Of a stretch of 64,000 nt of DNA, positions 37,617-46,005 are shown piece after piece. The position numbers were made by a program, and so were the translations under genes. Source of the DNA: an uncultured Gammaproteobacteria bacterium (GTDB lineage Bacteria; Patescibacteriota; Patescibacteriia; UBA1558; UBA10009). The stretch spans positions 32,019 to 96,018 of the forward strand of contig CAZPMS010000004.1 in assembly GCA_964588165.1 (NCBI GenBank), in the 5' to 3' direction. The first letter of the stretch is position 1. Each line of letters starts with the position of its first letter. The notes under the pieces are model-generated. The model worked only from the letters and a program-made list of their open reading frames with translations, was not told where the DNA came from and searched no databases.

Positions 37617-39065
37617 TTAAGTAATTTTTTTTATGGTACCTTGCTCAGCATCAACTTCAACTTTATCATTATCTTTTAAAACTAAATGGACATTAGGAAC
37701 ACCAACAATACAGGGTACTCTTAATTCTCTAGAAACAATAGCTGCGTGGGAAGTAATACCGCCCAGCTCGGTAATGATAGCGCTGGCCATTCTCATAATC
37801 GGCACATAATCTATACAGGTTGATTCAGAAACTAAAATATCACCTTTCTTAAACTTTTTTAAATCACTGATACTTTTAATTATTTTTACTTTTCCATTAA
37901 CTTTGCCAATCGAAGCACAGATTCCTCTTAAACGATTGCCTTTAGATTTTGCCGGTCGTTCGTAATTATTTTTAAATAAATTTTGTACTTCTTTACCTGA
38001 ATATACTTCCTTATTCTTTATATCACTAAAAAATAATGATGCTTTTTGACGATCTTTTATCTCCGAAGTAAATACAACATCATTTACAATAACGTCTGAA
38101 ACTTCTTCTTGGGTTAAATATCTCATATTATATAAAGAAAGCCCTGTTCTCTTAGTTATTTCTTTAACTACATTCTTTAATAAATAAGTACCTAAACTAA
38201 CCATGGTCTCTGATTCATTACGAATAAAGGCAATCTCCTGCATTAACTGGGGCCAATCGCTTTTTTGAGGAAATTTATTTAAAACTTTTTTAATGCCTTC
38301 CTTTTGCTTAGTTGGATATTCTAAAATTTCTTTTTTAAGATTTTCTAAATTCTTATTTTTTGCTAATTTTTTAAATTCGGAGATTGCATATTTTTTATCC
38401 CAGCTTGGACCAAACAAAAATACCGGTAGCCAACCAAAATTATAAAGATATTTATTTATCTCTTTTTCTACGTCCGAAGTTATTTTTTTTGCTTTCTTAT
38501 ACTTTATGGCCAGATCAATTAAAGCTATTTCATCTAATTGAGTAGAGGTTAAGCTGACAGGGGTTGTTAAAATAGTTCTATATTCATTAAACTTAGCAGT
38601 CTCTTTTATTTTGCTAAGTTGATTTTTTATGTATTTTTCTAATTCCTTAAGATAAAACCGTTCGCCAACCATGCAATGCTGATCAAAAGGCGTTGCTTGA
38701 TGTATTAAATCAATAATTTCTCTGAATTCTTTATTTAACAACTTATCATTTAAATTATTAAATGATTTATTCTGCTTTAAAAGAAGCTTTTGTTTAACCT
38801 TTTTAAAAACTGGATAAAATTTGTTTAGATTATTCAATAATTTCTGTTTAGAAAAAGAATTAATGTTTTTTTCAACCTGTCGTAAATATTTTTTACTAAT
38901 ATATAAATACTCTTTATCTTGAATCACAAAAACAGCTACTTCTTTATCTTCACTAAAGTGCCTTTTCAAATTCTTGTTTACCGCCGGATCATACCACAAT
39001 AAATTATCAAGTAATAAAATATTATTCCATTCGCCAAAATATTTGTAATCTAAAATTTTTTTCAT
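37617..39065 (-). CDS. RPH/YvkC-like phosphotransferase module (paralog 3)
   Basis: C-terminus GDILVSESTCIDYVPIMRMASAIITELGGITSHAAIVSRELRVPCIVGVPNVHLVLKDNDKVEVDA. Confidence 0.75.
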   Translation of the reverse strand: MKKILDYKYFGEWNNILLLDNLLWYDPAVNKNLKRHFSEDKEVAVFVIQDKEYLYISKKYLRQVEKNINSFSKQKLLNNLNKFYPVFKKVKQKLLLKQNKSFNNLNDKLLNKEFREIIDLIHQATPFDQHCMVGERFYLKELEKYIKNQLSKIKETAKFNEYRTILTTPVSLTSTQLDEIALIDLAIKYKKAKKITSDVEKEINKYLYNFGWLPVFLFGPSWDKKYAISEFKKLAKNKNLENLKKEILEYPTKQKEGIKKVLNKFPQKSDWPQLMQEIAFIRNESETMVSLGTYLLKNVVKEITKRTGLSLYNMRYLTQEEVSDVIVNDVVFTSEIKDRQKASLFFSDIKNKEVYSGKEVQNLFKNNYERPAKSKGNRLRGICASIGKVNGKVKIIKSISDLKKFKKGDILVSESTCIDYVPIMRMASAIITELGGITSHAAIVSRELRVPCIVGVPNVHLVLKDNDKVEVDAEQGTIKKIT

Positions 39066-40564
39066 ATTTTTTTTACTAGACCTTTAGTAGCGTCAACTTC
39101 AATTTGATCACCGTCTTTTAAGATTTTTGTACCTATTTTAGTACCCACTACACAAGGAATATTAAATTCCCGGCTAATAATGGCGGCATGGCAGGTTAGA
39201 CCGCCTTCATCGGCCACTATGGCTACTGCCTTCCTTATGGCCGGAACAATTGATGGGGTGGTAGCCGTGGAAACTAAAATGTCGCCCTCCTGCATTTTAG
39301 GCATATCATCCGGCATATCTACCCGCCTAACTATTCCTTTTGCTTTGCCGGGATATGCTGATTGGCCCTCTATTTCTTTTAAATCCTTTATCTCAATTTT
39401 TTCTTCTTCTAAATTTTCTTGTTGCCATTTGGCTGCTTCTTTGCCCTGATAGAGCTTTGCGCCGTCCCCTTCCGGCACAACAATGTGGAATTTCTGGCGT
39501 TCATTTATTAAATCTATATTTACTTCTTTACCATTTAAAGCAGCATCTATTTCTTCTACAGTGGCTGACCTAACTTGGCCAACAGACCAACCTAAACGTT
39601 TGCCAATTTCTTTTTGTAAAAATTCTATATGATAATATGATTTTGATTGGTAATCTTTCCTTCTAGGCTTTAAATAAACAACTTTAGAGGCAATTTCCAC
39701 ATAACTTTTTTCTTTCTCCGATAAATTCATTTTTGAAAAATATCCATCTCTCTCTTTAAGCAAATTATTTCTTTCTTTATTAAGTTGTGATAATTTTTCT
39801 TCAGCTTTAATGCCCTTTTGATAATAAAATTTTAAGGTTTCTATAAAATCAAAGTCAGTAGCTGCTGGTCCGCTATATACATAAAAAACCCAAGCATATT
39901 TTTTTGTATGTTGTTCTACTTTTTTGTAAACCCCGGGTTCTTTCTGCTTCAATAGTAATAAAACCTGGCTCGTTTCTTTTTTTAAGATTGTTTTATTTTT
40001 TAATTTTTGATAAATCTTTAAGATTGATTTTTCCTGCTCAATGGCAAAAGAATCTTCTATAGGCTGAGTGAATATTGAAAAAGCTTTGCTTACTTCATCT
40101 TTATTTAATTTAGATTGTAAAATTGAAGTTAATTTATCTTCAACATAATGATATTCTTGGAAGTCTAAATAAGGGATCATTACGCCATAAGCATATTCCA
40201 GACCATTTAATTCACCATGTTTTTGATAAGCTTTAACTATTTTTTTATTGGAATACTTAGATAAATCATCAGTTACAAATTTTTCTGTAAAACTATTCAT
40301 CTCTTTACCATGCTTAACCGAATCATCTAAAATTTTATTCAAAACATTAATATCTTCATCAACCATTTTTGATAATTTCTCATACCCATCTTTCCAAGTA
40401 TCAGCAATAACCAAATAATCTATTTTTTTAGTATTACTTCTAATACCTACTAATACTTGTGGGATGCCAAATATTTTTGGCTGACTTGTTAAACCAAGTG
40501 TCCAAATATAGTTTCGCCAGAATGGTGAATTATAATCACTGGCAATTTTTGACCATTTTCTCAT
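39062..40564 (-). CDS. RPH/YvkC-like phosphotransferase module (paralog 2). Overlaps paralog 3 by 4 bp.
   Basis: C-terminus GDILVSTATTPSIVPAIRKAVAIVADEGGLTCHAAIISREFNIPCVVGTKIGTKILKDGDQIEVDA. Confidence 0.75.
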   Translation of the reverse strand: MRKWSKIASDYNSPFWRNYIWTLGLTSQPKIFGIPQVLVGIRSNTKKIDYLVIADTWKDGYEKLSKMVDEDINVLNKILDDSVKHGKEMNSFTEKFVTDDLSKYSNKKIVKAYQKHGELNGLEYAYGVMIPYLDFQEYHYVEDKLTSILQSKLNKDEVSKAFSIFTQPIEDSFAIEQEKSILKIYQKLKNKTILKKETSQVLLLLKQKEPGVYKKVEQHTKKYAWVFYVYSGPAATDFDFIETLKFYYQKGIKAEEKLSQLNKERNNLLKERDGYFSKMNLSEKEKSYVEIASKVVYLKPRRKDYQSKSYYHIEFLQKEIGKRLGWSVGQVRSATVEEIDAALNGKEVNIDLINERQKFHIVVPEGDGAKLYQGKEAAKWQQENLEEEKIEIKDLKEIEGQSAYPGKAKGIVRRVDMPDDMPKMQEGDILVSTATTPSIVPAIRKAVAIVADEGGLTCHAAIISREFNIPCVVGTKIGTKILKDGDQIEVDATKGLVKKI

Positions 40565-40803
40565 ACACTACTAATTTACAAATTTTTTACTAATATACTA
40601 ATCTACGAATGTACAAATAATTACCAATATACGAATTTGATGCTTTTAAATATAAATGATAATTTTCGTATATTCGTTATAAACTTCATACAGAATACCA
40701 ATAATCTTATAACTTAATTTAGGATAAATTAAATCGCTTTTCATAATTTTTTAATTAATTATTATATTTTATTTGTATATTCGTACAAATTAGTAATTCG
40801 TAG
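40565..40803. promoter_or_regulatory. Long intergenic region with reverse and forward copies of the shared motif (ttactaatatactaatctacgaatgtac ... ttatttgtatattcgtacaaattagtaattcgtag), separated by ~130 bp of AT-rich spacer
   Basis: Sequence words shared with the other three motif regions. Confidence 0.4.
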
Positions 40804-42279
40804 TTATATTTTTTTAACTATCCCTTTAATGGCGTCTATCTCTACCCTGTCACCATCTTTTAAAATCCTGGTTATGCCATTTATCCCAACTACGCAGGGC
40901 ACGCCAAGCTCCCGGCTAACAATGGCAGCGTGTGATAATAAGCCGCCCATTTCGGTAACAATGCCTGCGGCTTTTTCCATAGCCGGCACAAATGATGGCA
41001 CAGTGGCTTCGGCTACCATAATATTTCCTTTTTTAACTCGTGAAATATCGGCCACCGATTTAAAAATTACTACCCTGCCTTTGGATTTTCCCAAACTGGC
41101 ACACTGACCAATCAGTATTTCTTTAGGCTCTACTTTTTCTTGGCCGATTTCTTTATTAAATAAATCCTTAGCACCTTTGCCAGTAACGATTTTTATTCCC
41201 CCTTTCTTAATAATTGAAGTGCTGTCTTTATCTCTTTCTATTAACTCTTTTTTAAATTGTTTTGTAGCCTTCTTTTTTAATTTTAAAAGTTCCATTATTT
41301 CATCTATGGTAGCTTCGATTAATTCATTATATAAAAGGCCTGTTTTTTTAGCCATATATTTTAGTAAAGGCAGGCTTTTATAAGCATAATAATTATGGAC
41401 TTCATCAAACATATTAGTGCTATAGGCCATCTCTTTCATTAATTTAACCAGTTTTTTTTCGTAGGCAGTGAATTTATATTTTTTTATTATTTTTTGTGAA
41501 AATAAATCAGCCCGCTTTAAATGTTGAATCTTTTTTAATTCTTCTTGCCAATTATCTTTTAACCGCTGCCTAAGCCTTTTAAATACATCGGCTTCTTGCC
41601 AAGGCTGGCCTCTAAAATAGTACATACCCATAAAGGCATATTTTTGAAGGTGTTTTTTAATTTCTTTTTTTACTGCATCTGATTCTATTTTTAATTTATT
41701 AACCTTGATTTTTTTAACAAGCTTTAACAAGTCTAATTTTTCTTGCTGGATTACTGAAAGTTTTTTAGCTTGGCTTAATATTTCAAAATCAGCAAAAGGA
41801 TTTTTTGATTTATTTTTTTCTAGGGCTGTTAAAATTTTATCAGCGATTGGTTGGTTTAAAAAATAATAGTTATAACTGTACTGGATGGCTAAAATAATAT
41901 CTGCCGACCATTTTTTTAAAAAATTTTCCAAATTAAATTCGTTAAAGCCTTTTTTTGGAATTTTATCTACAAAAACCTTCATCCTTTCCAAAACCTGCTG
42001 ATGAAACCTGTATTCCTTTAATAAAACCTCGGGCTTATTTTTTAAAAGACGTTGCAGTTTACTAATATGCTTATCCAGTTCAGCTTTTAAAAAATAGCGG
42101 TTGCCTCCCCCCTGAAACCAGGAGCTGCCAGCCAGTTGTGACGGAGTTAATTTAGTAATTTTTTTTGGAGCCAAGCCTTTGCCTAAAATACTAACAAAAA
42201 AAAGTTCAAAATTTTTGCCTTTTTTTGAAATTAATTTCCATTTATTTTTTTGCGCCATTTTACTTTTTATTAAAAACAA
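40804..42279 (-). CDS. RPH/YvkC-like phosphotransferase module (paralog 1, first of the array). Its start overlaps the upstream THUMP methyltransferase gene by 20 bp.
   Basis: C-terminus GNIMVAEATVPSFVPAMEKAAGIVTEMGGLLSHAAIVSRELGVPCVVGINGITRILKDGDRVEIDA. Confidence 0.75.
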   Translation of the reverse strand: MFLIKSKMAQKNKWKLISKKGKNFELFFVSILGKGLAPKKITKLTPSQLAGSSWFQGGGNRYFLKAELDKHISKLQRLLKNKPEVLLKEYRFHQQVLERMKVFVDKIPKKGFNEFNLENFLKKWSADIILAIQYSYNYYFLNQPIADKILTALEKNKSKNPFADFEILSQAKKLSVIQQEKLDLLKLVKKIKVNKLKIESDAVKKEIKKHLQKYAFMGMYYFRGQPWQEADVFKRLRQRLKDNWQEELKKIQHLKRADLFSQKIIKKYKFTAYEKKLVKLMKEMAYSTNMFDEVHNYYAYKSLPLLKYMAKKTGLLYNELIEATIDEIMELLKLKKKATKQFKKELIERDKDSTSIIKKGGIKIVTGKGAKDLFNKEIGQEKVEPKEILIGQCASLGKSKGRVVIFKSVADISRVKKGNIMVAEATVPSFVPAMEKAAGIVTEMGGLLSHAAIVSRELGVPCVVGINGITRILKDGDRVEIDAIKGIVKKI

Positions 42280-43456
42280 AAATTTCCCTTAAAACCGTTT
42301 GGCCTGCCCTGGAGTAAGTAATTGACCCACGCGGTTCTTTTGAGAGCGGATCAACTTCAAAGCCTAAGGCTTTTATTTTATCTACAATACTCAAATACTG
42401 ATTATTAATGACCGGAAAAACCATTACTACCTTCCCTTCTTCCTTTAAAACCTGATAAAAAGCCCTAAAAGATTTTAAGTATAAATCCGAAAGTTCGGCA
42501 ATTACGCCTTTAGCTTGGTTAAGCTGTAATTTATTTGGCGGGCCTAAAAAAGGTTCGGTAATGATTATATCAACTGAGTTAGGCTCTAACATGTCCAACA
42601 AATCAATAACATCCAGTTGAAAAATTTTAATATCGGAAATATCTAAATTATATTTTGTCTGAAGCCAATTAATATTATTTTGGGTAAACTCTACCGCTTT
42701 TTGGGAAATATCCGAACCTATTATATTTTTATAACCCAACAAAAGAGCCTCCTGAATAACGGTGCCTGATCCGCAAAAAGGATCTAAAATTATTTTATCT
42801 AAATCTGCCTGTGATAGATTAATCATCATTCTGGCTAGCTTAGGCGGCAACATGCCTGACTTATCATCACGCGTAGGCCTGCCGTAATCCCGTTTAGAAA
42901 ATCCTTTAAAATCCTGAACCGAAACAGTATAGCCCAAATAAAAGCCTTCTGGCACTTTTATAATTAATAAATCAATGCCTTGATCTATTAACTTTTCTTT
43001 TTTAACAATAACAGAAGACAGGTTTTTTTCTTTAGAAACAACAAATCTGGATTTGATTCTTTTATCCTTTAATTTCTTTTTTATATCTAAACCTAATTTT
43101 TTAAAATCATTCTGGTTTATTTCGCCAAATAAACTAAAGCCAAATTGAAATTTTTTATTTTTATTTATCTTTAAAGCCCTTGGCCTATGCAAAATAGCCT
43201 CTTCAATTTCTTTATTTATATTTTGGCTTAAAACCAAATCCTCTATTTTTGAAATTTTAATGGTGCCGCCTAACTGCTCCTGAAGCTTGATGACCTCCAA
43301 CTTCTTTTCCAGCTCAATAATAAAAAGCTTCTTAGAATAAAAAAGTTCGGTAAATTTAATTTTCTTGGCCTCTAAAATTTTAACAATTTCTACCCTGGAA
43401 AAAGCCGGCGCTCTGCCTAAAATAAAGGCATATTTTTCTTTATTTCTGGTAAACAT
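42260..43456 (-). CDS. THUMP-domain class I SAM-dependent methyltransferase (COG0116 / Trm11 / RlmL-like, putative RNA m2G methylase)
   Basis: DPFCGSGTVIQEALLLGY SAM-binding motif and downstream EPFLGPP motif-IV region. ~160-aa N-terminal THUMP-like region. Confidence 0.6.
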   Translation of the reverse strand: MFTRNKEKYAFILGRAPAFSRVEIVKILEAKKIKFTELFYSKKLFIIELEKKLEVIKLQEQLGGTIKISKIEDLVLSQNINKEIEEAILHRPRALKINKNKKFQFGFSLFGEINQNDFKKLGLDIKKKLKDKRIKSRFVVSKEKNLSSVIVKKEKLIDQGIDLLIIKVPEGFYLGYTVSVQDFKGFSKRDYGRPTRDDKSGMLPPKLARMMINLSQADLDKIILDPFCGSGTVIQEALLLGYKNIIGSDISQKAVEFTQNNINWLQTKYNLDISDIKIFQLDVIDLLDMLEPNSVDIIITEPFLGPPNKLQLNQAKGVIAELSDLYLKSFRAFYQVLKEEGKVVMVFPVINNQYLSIVDKIKALGFEVDPLSKEPRGSITYSRAGQTVLREIFVFNKK

Positions 43457-43628
43457 ATTTAATATAATTTTACCGATTTTTGGCTAAAAAGACAATATTT
43501 TTGATTCACTTGACAATTTATACAATATCTGACAAAATGGTGAAGCATTTTATTCTAATTAACCATATCGAGTTAAGCTCGATCCCTATTTACTAATCAT
43601 TAAAAAATGGGGTAATTATGAATCAATT

Positions 43629-44111
43629 ATGAAAGAACAACTTCAACATTACGAATTAACTTTGTTAATTCCCGGCGCCATAGCCGAAGACCAACACCAA
43701 ACGATTTTGAATGAGGTAAAAAGCCTCTTAGAAAAAAACAATGCCCAAATAACGGCCACTGAAGAATTGGGCAGAAGAAAATTAGCCTATGCCATAAAAC
43801 AATTAAGGCATGGTTTTTATTTTATCTTTGAATTTAACCTGATGGCTAAAGACCTTAAAGTTGTAGAAAAAGACCTTAAGCTTAACAATAATATTTTAAG
43901 GTTTATGGCTGTTAAAAAACATGAAAAAACAGAGGAGGAAATTACTAAGGAAGAAAAAATAAAAGCCTCTAAAGTTAAAGAACAGCTTAAACAGCAAAAA
44001 GAAGCAGTGGCAGCCAAGGAACAGCCTAAAGAGAAAGCAGCCAAGCCTAAAGTCAGCCTTGAAGACTTGGATAAAAAATTAGATGAATTATTAGACGACA
44101 AAGTCATCTAA
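43629..44111 (+). CDS. rpsF: 30S ribosomal protein S6 with Lys/Glu-rich C-terminal extension
   Basis: HYELTLLIPGA...GRRKLAYAIKQLRHGFYFIFEF. Conserved rpsF-ssb-rpsR gene order. Confidence 0.9.
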   Translation: MKEQLQHYELTLLIPGAIAEDQHQTILNEVKSLLEKNNAQITATEELGRRKLAYAIKQLRHGFYFIFEFNLMAKDLKVVEKDLKLNNNILRFMAVKKHEKTEEEITKEEKIKASKVKEQLKQQKEAVAAKEQPKEKAAKPKVSLEDLDKKLDELLDDKVI

Positions 44112-44142
44112 TTAAATTATTAATTATTAATCATCAAATTAT

Positions 44143-44613
44143 ATGGACCTAAATAAAGCAATGGTAATTGGCAACTTAACAAGAGACCCAGAGGTAAGAA
44201 CCACACCTTCTGGATTACAGGTTGTAAGTTTTTCTGTGGCTACCAATTTAGTTTGGACAGACCAATCAGGACAAAAACAGGAAAAGGCAGAATTCCACAA
44301 TATAGTTGCCTGGAGAAAACTGGCTGAAATTATTGGCCAATATCTAAAAAAGGGCAGTAAAATTTATATAGAAGGTAGACTCCAAACTAGAAACTGGGAT
44401 GATAAAGAAACCGGCAAAAAAATGTATAGAACAGAAATTGTAGCAGATAATATGATTATGCTTGATAGAGCTAAAGCCTCTGGTGAGCATGGCCAAACTG
44501 CCTCGCCTTCTGAACAGCCTGCCCCTGCTGATGACTTTTCCCAACCGGAAAAAAAAGTGGAAAATAATGCTCCGGCTGAAGAAGAAATAAACGTGGAAGA
44601 TATTCCTTTCTAA
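44143..44613 (+). CDS. ssb: Single-stranded DNA-binding protein
   Basis: OB-fold N-domain (MVIGNLTRDPEVRTT...FHNIVAWRKLAE...IYIEGRLQTRNW) and acidic tail ending DIPF. Confidence 0.9.
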   Translation: MDLNKAMVIGNLTRDPEVRTTPSGLQVVSFSVATNLVWTDQSGQKQEKAEFHNIVAWRKLAEIIGQYLKKGSKIYIEGRLQTRNWDDKETGKKMYRTEIVADNMIMLDRAKASGEHGQTASPSEQPAPADDFSQPEKKVENNAPAEEEINVEDIPF

Positions 44614-44687
44614 CTAACTCAATTAAGGATGCGAGAATACTAGTTTACTAACCTCCTAGCATCCTAAAAATAATTTATACACACTAT

Positions 44688-44918
44688 ATGACTAAATCAA
44701 AAAATTTACTTAATAAAGAAAGATATTGCTATTTTTGCGTTAATTCTGTTAAAGAAATTGACTATAAGAGCTGGCAAGTACTCCAACGGTTTGTTTCTTC
44801 TTATGGTAAAATTGTTCCCCGAAGAAGAAGCGGAGTTTGCTCTAGCCACCAAAGGCAATTGGCTAAAGCAATAAAGCGAGCCAGGATTATGGCTTTCTTG
44901 CCTTTTAGTACCAGATAA
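44688..44918 (+). CDS. rpsR: 30S ribosomal protein S18
   Basis: CYFC...IDYKSWQVLQRFVSSYGKIVPRRRSGVCSSHQRQLAKAIKRARIMAFLPF. Confidence 0.9.
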   Translation: MTKSKNLLNKERYCYFCVNSVKEIDYKSWQVLQRFVSSYGKIVPRRRSGVCSSHQRQLAKAIKRARIMAFLPFSTR

Positions 44919-44949
44919 AATCTTAAAAACTTAATATTGAAAAGCGACT

Positions 44950-45240
44950 ATGGGAAGACAGTATTATGTTTATATTATAACTAATAAGTATAATACTGTT
45001 TTATATACAGGGGTAACTAATGATTTATCAAGAAGGATTTGGGAACACAAACATAATATTAAATCTCATAGTTTTACTTCAAAATATAATCTTAATAAAT
45101 TAATTTATTCAGAAAATCATTCATCTATATTAGAAGCTATTGATAGAGAAAAATAAATAAAAGGGTGGTTAAGAATAAAAAAGATTAATCTTATTAAAAC
45201 TCAAAGTCCTAAATTTAAAGAAATTCCTATAATTGATTAA
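44950..45240 (+). pseudogene. GIY-YIG nuclease family (UPF0213-like) gene with an in-frame TAA at 45154-45156 where the family has Gln
   Basis: YYVYIITNKYNTVLYTGVTNDLSRRIWEHK ... EAIDREK*IKGWLRIKKINLIKTQSPKFKEI. The frame continues to a TAA at 45238-45240. CAA to TAA nonsense is the likely cause. Confidence 0.6.
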
Positions 45241-45372
45241 ATTTTCCTCTTTACGTCATTCTGAGCTTCGCGAAGAATCCCATTATTCCGGTGCGTTACT
45301 AGCTCAATGAGATCCTTCCTGCCTGCCGGCAGGCAGGCGGCTCCGCCTCGAGGATGACATGGTGAGGAAAAT
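45241..45372. repeat. Palindromic intergenic element, copy D, with embedded perfect palindrome CCTGCCTGCCGGCAGGCAGG
   Basis: Outer inverted repeat TTTTCCTC/GAGGAAAA. Arms acgtcattctgagcttcgcgaagaatcccatt ... aatgagatccttc[ctgcctgccggcaggcagg]cggctccgcctcgaggatgacat. Confidence 0.55.
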
Positions 45373-45393
45373 TTATTTAGAAATTAAAAATCT

Positions 45394-45954
45394 ATGCTCT
45401 CTATTAACGATATTGGTTTGGGTACCATTATTTCCCATGATGGGCAACCATACCAGGTTACTTACACCCAACATGTTAAAATGGGCAGGGGCGGTGCTAA
45501 TTTAAAAACCAAATTAAAAAACTTGATTACCGGGCAAGTTTTGGAAATTACCTACTCCGGCGGTGATAAAATAGCCGAAGCTGATTTAGAACGCTCTAAG
45601 GCTAACTTTTTGTATAATGAAGGTGGTAGTTATAATTTCATGGATAATGAAAGCTATGAACAGTTCAGCTTAGATAAAAATTCCATTGGTGAACCAGCTG
45701 ACTTTTTAAAGGAGGGTGCTACTGTTGATGTTCTAATTTTTGAAAAAAAGCCGGTCAGCATTAAACTACCGGTAAAAGTAGACCTTAAAGTTACCCAAAG
45801 CCCGCCTGGCGTAAAAGGCGATACAGCCGGTTCTGCAAATAAGATTGTTACCCTGGAAACCGAAAAAGAGATAAAAGCCCCTTTATTTATAGATAAGGGT
45901 GATATTATTAAAATAAATACCGAAACTGGCGAATATGTAGAGCGGGTAAATTAA
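45394..45954 (+). CDS. efp: Elongation factor P, Arg-type at the modified-residue position (KMGRGGA)
   Basis: Three-domain EF-P signature (VKGDTAGSANKIVTLETE...GEYVERV). Arg replaces the E. coli Lys34. Confidence 0.9.
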   Translation: MLSINDIGLGTIISHDGQPYQVTYTQHVKMGRGGANLKTKLKNLITGQVLEITYSGGDKIAEADLERSKANFLYNEGGSYNFMDNESYEQFSLDKNSIGEPADFLKEGATVDVLIFEKKPVSIKLPVKVDLKVTQSPPGVKGDTAGSANKIVTLETEKEIKAPLFIDKGDIIKINTETGEYVERVN

Positions 45955-46005
45955 TTAAATAATTATAAAAAGCGCAGTTTAATAAATGCGCCTTTTTTAT
46001 TTAAC

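Noticed and set aside
26683-42279. Fragmented phosphoenolpyruvate synthase (ppsA) or pyruvate phosphate dikinase genes
   Set aside because: No PEP-utilizers_C TIM-barrel domain exists anywhere in the region. The eight swivel-domain genes are full-length ORFs with distinct N-domains, which is not the pattern of a decayed ppsA. The architecture matches RPH/YvkC-type phosphotransferases instead.
44950-45240. UAA stop-codon reassignment explaining the in-frame TAA in the GIY-YIG gene
   Set aside because: All other genes in the window terminate normally at TAA. The single-nucleotide CAA-to-TAA change at a conserved Gln points to a pseudogene.
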